A stretch of 64,000 nucleotides of DNA. Origin: Epithemia pelagica. Its lineage: Eukaryota > Protista > Bacillariophyta. Location: NCBI GenBank assembly GCA_946965045.2, contig OX337233.1:620001-684000 (forward strand). The letters run 5' to 3'. This document shows positions 30,553 through 39,797 of this stretch, in pieces. Each line of letters starts with the position of its first letter. Within the stretch, counting starts at the first letter, position 1. The notes under the pieces are model-generated. The model was not told where the DNA came from and did no database searches. It saw only the letters and a list, made by a program, of their open reading frames with translations. Position numbers and translations under genes: made by a program.

Positions 30553-32838
30553 ATGGCGCCTCCAGATCCACGCCGTACACCCAATTCCATTGTTTTGGCC
30601 AAGGCCATGCATGTGACATCTCTTGCAGAGTGTTCCAGAAGGTATGGAAGCAATGCAAAGACGAAAAGGCTGTTTGGGAAGGTGGTTGAAGCTTCCATCC
30701 AACGGGGCCCCAATGGAAGGTCCACAACAATGGTGACTGTGAACTTCTATATGGGAAGTTTGGAGGTGATCAAGCAGAAGACACTCAACCTGAGGAGTGT
30801 CATTACTCCCAGTGATGAAGAGCTGCTAGCCTATGCCCGTTTCAGGCATCAGCATGAGAGAAATCAACCCCCACAAGCTTCGACGACTGCAGAGGGAAAT
30901 TCCGCGGCCACAACGGCAACCAACACCAATACGGGTCAAGCTGCGTCATCTGAGCCTCCTGCACCACAGCAGGCCATCCAGGGGACACAGACAGCAACAG
31001 GGAACCAGGAGAGTGCAGTGGGAGAGTCAAACAATCCACCAGATTGTGAGTGTCAAGTCCATGATGTGAAATGGCATAAGGGCACTTCGTCATCTCCATT
31101 GAATTGCAATTCGATGGGACGTGTTTCTCCAAGGGATTGGACTTTCAGGACACCTATTGGAGAGAGAATTACTCCAGGAAGTGATAGACAGGGCTTGCTA
31201 TCCAGATTGGACTACTTCCTGATGACATTCCCTCCGCGGCAGTTTGACTTGATGCACAGGCTCACAAATGGGCAGCTTGCAAAAATTGAGAGACCTTCAA
31301 TGACTAAAGGAGAATTACTCAAGTTCTTTGGCATTACTATATTGATAACCCGCCATGAATTCACCTCAAGGGCAAACTTATGGTCAAGTACAGCAACAAG
31401 TCGGTACGGAGTGGCACCTGCCTTCGGTAAGACTGGTATGTCAAGAAAGCGTTTTGATGACATCTTTAGATGTCTCCGCTTCTCTGAGCAACCAGAATCA
31501 CGCCCTTCCTCAATGAGATCAGAGACATACAGGTGGAAGCTTGTGGATGACTTCATTGAAAACTTCAATCAGCATCGTGCTTCGCACTTCCAACCTTGCG
31601 AACGCATCTGTGTTGACGAATCAATGATCCGTTGGTATGGTCTGGGTGGCCACTGGATAAACATTGGTCTACCACAGTATGTGGCAATTGACAGGAAGCC
31701 TGAGAATGGATGCGAGATCCAAAACTCTGCTTGCGGTGGATCTGGGATATTTTGTCGTCTCAAGCTTGTCAAGACTGCCGAAGAAGATGGATTGAATCAT
31801 GAGGAGGACGATGACACAACACTCCTCATGAATCATGGGACAGCTGTCCTCAGAGAATTAGTGGAACCATGGGCTCATTCACAGCGTGTTGTCTGTGCCG
31901 ACTCCTACTTTGCTTCTGTGAATACGGCAGAGGAGATGGCAAAGATGGGACTCCGATTTATCGGAGTTGTGAAGACTGCAACTCGCAAGTATCCAATGGC
32001 GTACCTGTCAAACGTTGAACTACTTTCTCGTGGGGATCGCAGTGGTCTCATAAGGAAAGATGCAGATGAACAAGCCACCATGATGGCTTTTGTGTGGATG
32101 GATAGGGAACGGCGCTATTTTGTTGCAAATACATCTTCTCTTGCGGAAGGAGAGCCGTACACACGAACAAGGTGGCGCCAAATTTCAGATGAGGCAGATG
32201 CAGAGCCAGAGCGTGTGGAATTGACAGTGGCACAGCCCCAAGCATGTGAGATCTATTACAAGACATGTGGACTAATAGATCAGCATAACAGGTGCCGACA
32301 AGACACTCTCAAAATGGAAATCAAAGTGGAAACGAAGCGATGGTGGGTACGTGTGGGGCTTGGAGTGTTCGCAATGTGTGTGGTGGACTCTTGGCTTTTG
32401 TATTCTGGGGCAACCCTGACAAAGGAAAAGCAACAAGACTATTATGCACTGCTTGCAGAGGAATTAATAGACAACACATTCGACAGAAGTGGAGTCCCTT
32501 GTTCTGCAAGAAGAAGAGGACGAGTGAGTGACGGAACAGATAATGCCGAAAGCCCATCAGATCTCATCAATCCACGCAGTGGACAAGCAAGGGCAGGCAT
32601 TGACATCCATCTGAGCCCAACCAAGAGAAGGAGGAAGGTTGGTGGAGTTGCAACAAACCAATGTGCACAAGGAAAATGTAGAGTATGTCGAAAGAAAACA
32701 AAGTATATCTGTTCACAGTGTGAAGACAGTGAAACTCCCTCCGACAGAAATTGTTGGATTTGCCATACAGAAACTGGCCGGATGTGCTTTCCAACACACG
32801 TAGCATCTTGCCACATTAACATAGAACATGATGGTTGA
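30553..32838 (+). CDS. piggyBac-family (DDD, DDE_Tnp_1_7/PGBD-like) transposase
   Basis: CVDESM, CADSYFAS and IDQHNRCRQ catalytic motifs; C-terminal Cys-rich domain CRVC...CSQC...C...C...H; ORF uninterrupted. Confidence 0.92.
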   Translation: MAPPDPRRTPNSIVLAKAMHVTSLAECSRRYGSNAKTKRLFGKVVEASIQRGPNGRSTTMVTVNFYMGSLEVIKQKTLNLRSVITPSDEELLAYARFRHQHERNQPPQASTTAEGNSAATTATNTNTGQAASSEPPAPQQAIQGTQTATGNQESAVGESNNPPDCECQVHDVKWHKGTSSSPLNCNSMGRVSPRDWTFRTPIGERITPGSDRQGLLSRLDYFLMTFPPRQFDLMHRLTNGQLAKIERPSMTKGELLKFFGITILITRHEFTSRANLWSSTATSRYGVAPAFGKTGMSRKRFDDIFRCLRFSEQPESRPSSMRSETYRWKLVDDFIENFNQHRASHFQPCERICVDESMIRWYGLGGHWINIGLPQYVAIDRKPENGCEIQNSACGGSGIFCRLKLVKTAEEDGLNHEEDDDTTLLMNHGTAVLRELVEPWAHSQRVVCADSYFASVNTAEEMAKMGLRFIGVVKTATRKYPMAYLSNVELLSRGDRSGLIRKDADEQATMMAFVWMDRERRYFVANTSSLAEGEPYTRTRWRQISDEADAEPERVELTVAQPQACEIYYKTCGLIDQHNRCRQDTLKMEIKVETKRWWVRVGLGVFAMCVVDSWLLYSGATLTKEKQQDYYALLAEELIDNTFDRSGVPCSARRRGRVSDGTDNAESPSDLINPRSGQARAGIDIHLSPTKRRRKVGGVATNQCAQGKCRVCRKKTKYICSQCEDSETPSDRNCWICHTETGRMCFPTHVASCHINIEHDG

Positions 32839-32974
32839 TTGTGGTCTAATACTTTTCATTTTTAGTTGTTCATTTTTATGGTCAAACGGCAGATTCCCAT
32901 GGTCGGGGTACATTTTTTGTTCCTTGGTTCGTACAAAAGATACTGGGGGCTACGTATGCATGTTATTCGTAGAA

Positions 32975-33016
32975 TTGTCCTCATATGAGGACAACCGCTG
33001 TCCTCATATGAGGACA
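32975..33016. repeat. Right subterminal palindromes TTGTCCTCATATGAGGACAA and TGTCCTCATATGAGGACA
   Basis: Perfect 20-bp and 18-bp palindromes. Confidence 0.9.
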
Positions 33017-33091
33017 AATCGGGGTAGAATAGACACTAGAGCCTCTGGTTGCCTCCGGAACCCAGTGAAGATCCAACCAGACATGTTCTTG

Positions 33092-33202
33092 CAAAATACG
33101 CGTAGGGGTGTGACTCGAAAATATAAAATTGTGACTATCTCATGCCTCAAGCTTAGAGGCCTTACTATCGCTAATTTTGCTCAATAGGCTAGCCATATTT
33201 TG
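33092..33202 (-). repeat. 3' LTR of element 1
   Basis: Preceded on the sense strand by the purine tract GAAGAACTGTGAGGGGAC (PPT). Confidence 0.93.
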
Positions 33203-33338
33203 GTCCCCTCACAGTTCTTCGTCTCGTAATGAAGTAACTGTGCCAATCTTCTCTTGTCCCATCTAGACCTGCTTAAAGCCCTTTCATCTTTTAGGTGCAG
33301 GACGTACCCAGACCCAACAGAGGTTGGCGGGAAACGCA

Positions 33339-36300
33339 CTAATATAGGATCATTGATGCTAACCGTGTTGTCTCTGTACCTGTTTGAATCTTAGTAAGAA
33401 TGTCAGCAAGGTTAGTCTTCGACGGTTCAAAAGCAACACGACACATGCCCGATGCAACATTCTCACGAACAAAATGATATGCGATTGAATTTGACTTCTT
33501 TTTCAGTGTTGATTCAGGGACCGACGTATTCAGTACCACAGACATGTTATTAACCCGTATATGCGCATGTCCATCCAGAGGTACGCCCATCATCCTTAAC
33601 TTATATCGAAGTCCTTTTACCATTTCAATGCCCACTTTGAGAGCCATGAATTCTGACCCAAATGTCGATGTTTCGACGCTGGTCTGTTTCTTACTGTACC
33701 AAGTTACAGGAGCTCGATTCAGATAGATTAAAACTCCAGTTCTTGAACGTCTGGTGATCAAATCCCCAGCATGATCAGAGTCGACGAAGACCGTCATCTG
33801 GACTGGATTACCCAATGGTTCTGGAGCGTCTGCTGGAATGTCCTCTTTGGCGTCTGGATAAAAACCTACCCAATCAGCAGTCAATTCTTCTCCGTGCTGA
33901 ATATATGAAGGGTCTAATACCAGTCTCGAACGGTCATGTAAGTTCAGATAAGCGAAGACATGAAGCATCGCATGAACATGACCTTCTCTTGCTCCTGCTA
34001 AGAAAGCCGCCAACATTGAAACCTCCGCAGTAATGTCGATCCTTCCCAGCTCGACCAACCATCTGAGAACACCAATCTGCTGTTGGAAAGACGATTGCCA
34101 ATCAGCATTGCAATATGGGCTCGTATCCAATTCTGGACGGTATCCTGTTGGTAGCACGCTTGGGGCTCGAGTCTTAAGACTCAAGTTTCTTTCATCCATC
34201 CAAACCTTGACATTCCGTATGGCTTCTGTTGCGTATCGCTTTGAACTTAGCGCCCAACATCTTTTAGACACGTCATTGTCAATGTCGAAAGTTTCTACTT
34301 GGTTCCCCAGATAGATCTTGGGTATTCCGATCGAATCCGGTTTCAATAAATAATGTTGGTCGATCATATTCAAGATCTCTTGTGCCTTCTGAGAGATGAC
34401 AAGGACGTCATCTATATAGATGAACACAAGTTCATAGTACTTCGATCCATCGTCCTTTGTAGAGGCCCGAAGATATACATCGGGATCTGCTCGGCACGGT
34501 CGAAACCCTAACGACTCTTGCAAAGTCGTGGAAAGGTGTTCTCTCCATGCGAAGGCACTCGTTTTAAGGCCATATAGTGCCTTAGTGATTATCGCGTACC
34601 TCCCTTCATTTTCTTTTCCAAATTCTAAGCCACATTTGGTGCACACTCTTTCGTGGCAAGGAGCGTTCAAATATGCTCCAGCGATATCAGCCGCAAGGAT
34701 ATCGATTCCATTCAGTGCTGCAAGTAAGAATCCGATTCTCACGCTCTCCCTGCTGACTACACTGGCATAGGTAGGCGTTTCTGGCTCTTGGGTACGGTGT
34801 CCCCCTGCTACATACCTCGCCTTCCTGGTAAAATCCATCTTTATGTCAAACACAATATGACATGGGATGACTTGATGGCCAGGTGGATGCGGCGCACCTT
34901 CTTCCAAAATCTTGACTGCAGGAAAGATCTTAGACATTTCGAGTTGAAGGGCTTTAGCCCAGAAGTCTGTTCCTGTTTCTTTATCGATTTACAACGCCCG
35001 TTCTACGGTCTTAGGAAGCTCAATACCGTACTTTTGCCATTTTCGCATGTACCTTGTGCTTGAGACGGCCTTGATTAGTCTTGCACGCCTCTTGAGAGTG
35101 AAATCGACCCACCAATTGAAAGCCGGTTCTTTGTCAAGCAAATTAGCCACTGCATATTCGGCTACTTCTAAAGGATACGATTCCTTCAGGTCCTTGAGCA
35201 TCTCCCACGACGTGGAACCATCTTTCCACAATATACAAAGCTGCCAACCCCTCGTCGTCTTTTTCTTATGTTCTCTCCCATTATGAAAGAACGTACCCTC
35301 TGAGATTGGTATGGCAGTTGCATCTTTTCGGTGATCCATGATCTGATCGATGAGTTTGTATTTGTTTCCCTCATCGTCTAACTGCTCGTAAATGTTCTCG
35401 GCAATCAGGTTTGCCGCATAAGACTCGACGTGGCCATCATGGAACTCTACTTCGTACAACGACGTATCCAGATACGGATTTGAAGATGACCGACCAATTG
35501 GATTACCGTCTGCATCTCTTTTCCGACGTATAACTTGACCTGGTCTCTTTGAGTCCCCTAAAGGGAGCATCACCTTGGCCGAGATTAATTTGTCGTATGC
35601 ATCCACCTTGTAATCGTCGGCCTCTGGAACTCTCGTGTCTTCTTTCTCATCGTCTTCATATGCTTCGAAGAAAGGAGTATCATTTCCTTCTTCTGCGGGA
35701 TCATCTCCTTCCTCTGGGTCAAGACCTTCGAATCGGTTCCCCAGAGCTTCCTTTAGGTCAGTATCAAACTGTTCACGTTGTGCAGTAAACGACGGATCAT
35801 GGGACTTTTCAACTGACAGGGGCCACACGGAAGTGCGATGGACAATCTTCCCTTTTCGTGTCAGTATTTTCGAACTCATTGCTTGACCAACCGATTTACT
35901 TGGTCCTAGCCACCTTCCGAGTTCCCTGTTCTCGAACCCGGGATTGGAATACCAGACCGGGTCATACCATCTGTGTTCAACTAGATGGGATATGTCTGGT
36001 GTATCACTGGTCAACGTTTTTATAGGTGGACCTTCATCAAACGGTTCAGTCGCAGAAACTGTATGGGATCGTCTCTCAGCTACCAGTTGCAAACAATGAT
36101 CCCACAATACAGCAGGGGCGTTTGTCCTTCTCATTTCCCTTCTATAAGCCCTCTTCAGTTCGCGGATGTTCGCTTCGGCTAGATTTTGGTTTGGTGTCCA
36201 AGCCTCTATGGGCTTAATACGACAACCAAACTTTTGGGCAGTCTTCTTGAATTTCCCACTCGTCAATTCTGGAGCATTATCTGGGACTACGCTATTGAAG

Positions 36301-37337
36301 ATCCCGTAGTCGTTAAAGACCTTCTCTAGAGCCGTGTGAGCATCCTTCTTGCGTTCCAACGGATAAAATTGAACCCAGCCAAACTCGGTCGCAAAAATTT
36401 GACCACAAGTATTTTGGCTCAAAGATTTTGTATCCGAAAACAGAGTATCTGTGTATACATCTGCCCGAAGCCTTCTATGCTTAAGCTGGTAAGCCGTATG
36501 CTTGAGCCTTTTACTTCCGACGCCTTGGGAAAAATCTCTTACTCCAAGTTGCGTTGTTGCCTTGAAAGTCCTTTCCGCAACTGACAAACCGATTCCCCAT
36601 CTCGAAGCTAATCCAATGGGATCTATTGTCCCCTTTCTCTTATGGCTCGTTTCGGCTACGGTTCTTGAGTTTACTCTCACCATCTTGGTCATTCTGTTGC
36701 TCAACGACCTCGAACCTTTTGTTCTGACCATGTCTTGACAAACGTCCTGTCTGAGCCTTCTCTCATCGACATCTTCTTCAGTCGAGTCATTCGGGGCCCA
36801 TTCTGGATTATCGTTGGTCATCTCAATCCTGTTCGCTGGGTCAATATTCGCTATCTCCACCCAAGACGGTTTCCTTACAGTGAAGCCACTGATTACTCCT
36901 TTCAACTCCAGAGGGATTGTCAGTGTATTTCCATTGTCGTCGTTATTGGGAACAACCAATGAATGTGATTCACTTGTCCTTTGCTCTTGCTTGATAAACT
37001 TGAGGGGCACATCATTGACGATGATACCAGCCTCTCTCATCTGATTTGGATTCAATAGGCTCTTCTCCATCATCGGAAGATGGAGCGCTTGGTGAAAGTA
37101 CAACAGGTAAGTCTCTCCTGTCTCGGGTTCATCATATGCCAACACGCCTGTGATTACGGGAGTTTCCTTTAATTTCCCAAGCTGTGTTGAAAACCCACTC
37201 ACTTCTGCCTTGTCTGTCTCATATAAAACGAGGCAATCCTTACCGAGACAACAAGTGTCAGCGTGACTGTCTAATTCGCACATAGACGTCCTAACGCTAA
37301 TGTCCCTGGAGAGTACATCTATCTCGCGGACATCTCG
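33339..37337 (-). pseudogene. pol: pol of element 1 (protease-integrase-RT-RNase H) with an in-frame TAA at 34989-34991
   Basis: ELDSHADTC protease; TDT/PDNA/LAE integrase; DIAGAYL, LYGLK and YIDD RT; DSDHAG/GSEF RNase H. ERAL*IDKETG is continuous in one frame; RNase H xDN motif reads VNN. Confidence 0.9.
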
Positions 37338-38831
37338 TCACACGGTTTCTTTCCTGCCTTTCTTTCTCTGGCTCATTATGGCGCCAATACCGAGTTCCTT
37401 GTCGTTCTCACTGGAATCGCCAGTTGTCTCTGATTTCTCATCGGTAGTCGTCGTCGTGCTTCCATCAACACCTTTTCTCTTGTTCTTACCGTTCTTAAAA
37501 TGAACAGCAGCAGCAGACCTTTTCTTTGTACTGCTGTTAACAGCGTCCCTTGCTTCTCGGACCATTTGCTGTTGTTCCTTTGTGAGTTTTATCCACTTTC
37601 TAAAGGGATAATATTTGTTGGGGTCAAAACCGTTTGATTGGTTACTCCCATTCTTCTTGTTTCCACCTTTTCCATTCTTGTTATGCTGGATAGATGAGAT
37701 TCGGGCCTTCCTTGTTGAAGCACTGTACGAGACCTTGCTGTCAAGAATCTCTGCCAAATAATTGGAAGCAACTTCAAAGTTTGCCCTGAGTGAAGGTGTA
37801 GCGAGTATGGTGTTCTTCGCGCTTTCAAGCCTTGGATCAGATACACCCAACAATAAAACTCTAACCTTCCTTTCATTACTGACCATCTCGCCAGTTGATT
37901 CGAGGTCCGTAAAGGCCCTCTGGAGCGATTCAATGTACCTCTCATATGTGTAGTTTCGTTTTGACCCGTCATAATAGGCCGATTCCAACACTTGGTCTGC
38001 TTTTGCCCTCAGTCTTGTTTGAAAGGCGTCACCAAAGTAATGACTCTTTAAGGCAATATAAGCACCTCTTCCGTCTCGACTGCGGCTAAAGGCTTGAACC
38101 CAGCCCCATCCAGGGCCATCATGGGTTATGTGGCGTATGACATCCCAAACTGCCTCTTTGTCAGCCACCGCGGTTGCTCCAGTTAGTGGCGCACGCCTGA
38201 TTAGTTCTCTCAAGTACGTTGGTGCTCCGATTCCTGGGTCCAAGTTAACCGGAGGAGCAGTTGGCATCGAGCGGGTATACGCTGCCAAAGGGATCATAGT
38301 AACTCCTCTTTTCCTCTCAAGGTAGTTGTCTAAATCTTCGAGAACGACTTGTATGTTCTCAACATTTGTGAGTTTCTCGGGAAGTTCAATCTCATTATCA
38401 TACTCATCATCCGCTTCTTTAAGACGGTAGAGTCCTTGGATTTGAGCCAATGTTGCCGTTGCCGCACTAAACTCGCGATCGACCTTATTGAGATACTGGA
38501 CGTAGTACCCAAGCATCTTCAAGCGCTTTTCCAAAACATGCCCGACCAATACTCCTGGGTTCGTAATGGTAATTGGGACTCCAGGAACTGGATTAGCAGC
38601 GTCATAGTCCGGATTAGGAACAGTTCCACCGGGTTTCCTGGCATTAGCGCAAATTTCAGCGATATCGTCTTCCTTCAGACCATTAAAATCGCCAATCGAA
38701 ACAAGGCCTTGTGCATTGAGAGCGTTACGAACTTCTTGTTGACCAATGAGAAGGGTATTCTCAAGGTAGCCATTAAGCTGAGTGAGCAGTTCTTGAGCGG
38801 TTGGAGGAGCGGGAGCAACGGGTTCGGCCAT
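37338..38831 (-). CDS. gag: gag of element 1
   Basis: 497-aa ORF upstream of and in frame with pol; basic C-terminal tail. Confidence 0.85.
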   Translation of the reverse strand: MAEPVAPAPPTAQELLTQLNGYLENTLLIGQQEVRNALNAQGLVSIGDFNGLKEDDIAEICANARKPGGTVPNPDYDAANPVPGVPITITNPGVLVGHVLEKRLKMLGYYVQYLNKVDREFSAATATLAQIQGLYRLKEADDEYDNEIELPEKLTNVENIQVVLEDLDNYLERKRGVTMIPLAAYTRSMPTAPPVNLDPGIGAPTYLRELIRRAPLTGATAVADKEAVWDVIRHITHDGPGWGWVQAFSRSRDGRGAYIALKSHYFGDAFQTRLRAKADQVLESAYYDGSKRNYTYERYIESLQRAFTDLESTGEMVSNERKVRVLLLGVSDPRLESAKNTILATPSLRANFEVASNYLAEILDSKVSYSASTRKARISSIQHNKNGKGGNKKNGSNQSNGFDPNKYYPFRKWIKLTKEQQQMVREARDAVNSSTKKRSAAAVHFKNGKNKRKGVDGSTTTTTDEKSETTGDSSENDKELGIGAIMSQRKKGRKETV

Positions 38832-39255
38832 GGTTTACTTCTTTTATCTGCGTGTAGACGGATCAATTGGGACTTTCTTGTACTCGGAAGTGAGCATTTT
38901 CTTTCAGTCACACGGTCCGGTTCTTCACTCATTTCGGGCGATTCAAAAGGTAGAAAGCGTGCACAGCTGCATCGTCGGCTCATGTTTCATTTATGAAATA
39001 ATCATGACCGCATAGCAGGCTTTGTCTTGTCAACGGCCAAGACCGGCGCGTCCGCCATTGCCCCAGATGTGCGCACTCGCAGACCACATCTGTTAGCTAG
39101 TCCGGTCCAAACCCCGTTGCAGGCCGGATATTCAACGAGACTAGCTGTACGACGTCATTAGTCGACCTTTGGGCGGATCTATATCATCGATCCAGATATT
39201 TCTCGACCTTCCCAGGCCATTGTGCCATAGCTTTTACCATAATCGCAGAGTTTCT

Positions 39256-39269
39256 TGGGTCTGATAAAC
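39256..39269 (-). other. Primer-binding site complementary to a tRNA anticodon arm (TGGGT-CTGATAA-AC; Ile-type)
   Basis: Abuts the 5' LTR; + strand has a 5-nt stem strand, a CT-GAT-AA loop and the start of the complementary 3' stem. Confidence 0.65.
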
Positions 39270-39380
39270 CAAAATACGCGTAGGGGTTTGACTCGAAAAT
39301 ATAAAATTGTGACTATCTCATGCCTCAAGCTTAGAGGCCTTACTATCGCTAATTTCGCTCAATAGGCTAGCCATATTTTG
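39270..39380 (-). repeat. 5' LTR of element 1
   Basis: 109/111 identical to 33092-33202. Confidence 0.93.
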
Positions 39381-39797
39381 CTTGTTCCAAGAGTGTTTCT
39401 ACGAATGAATGGGTCCTACTCCTACTCCGAGTAGGGGCAGTGGGCATGTCCTAGGTAGGTAGGGTAGAGCTGCGCGACTGCGTCCACAGAGAAAACCGCA
39501 TGCAGATGCAGTCGTTGGGCGCACTGCAGAATCCACACAGTTCGGGCGACTCGGAAACCTTTCGCAACTGCACCGCCGAATACACCTTATCGTAATCTAG
39601 AAGAATCATGGGATCCATATATTATATAATGTACGTAGTTTTGGGATCAATGCGCTAGGATTTGAAAGAGCACCCCCCCCCCAAAAAAACCAACGCTTCG
39701 TTGCCTCATTTTTTCGGCCAGTGTCGCTCGATTTTGTTCACCCGCGCTTTGATTGGTTGTGCTTGCTATTCAATCGTCGAGTAATAGCAATAGTATT

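Larger units (their letters stand above)
30306..33039 (+). mobile_element. piggyBac-like DNA transposon with CTAG boundaries
   Basis: CTAGTGTCTATTCTACCCCG (30306-30325) is the exact reverse complement of 33020-33039; subterminal CCTCATATGAGG palindromes at both ends; internal transposase ORF. Confidence 0.93.
33092..39380 (-). mobile_element. Ty1/Copia LTR retrotransposon (element 1, CoDi-like) with non-canonical termini
   Basis: 111-bp direct repeats at 33092-33202 and 39270-39380 (2 mismatches); flanking CTTG at 33088-33091 and 39381-39384; gag-PR-INT-RT-RH order. Confidence 0.95.

Noticed and set aside
33086-33100. Redefining element 1 ends as TG...CA (TGCAAAAT at 33090)
   Set aside because: The other LTR reads ACCAAAAT at the same position and its outer end has no CA; identity and TSD only fit CAAAATA...TATTTTG
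34989-34991. Second readthrough site (TAA) in element 1 pol
   Set aside because: Falls inside the conserved INT-RT linker in a TAA-A context; best explained as a nonsense mutation or sequencing error
39064-39092. CAGATGTG/CACATCTG 8-bp hairpin in the element 1 leader
   Set aside because: Could be a packaging signal, but a single short stem is not distinguishable from chance without comparing copies
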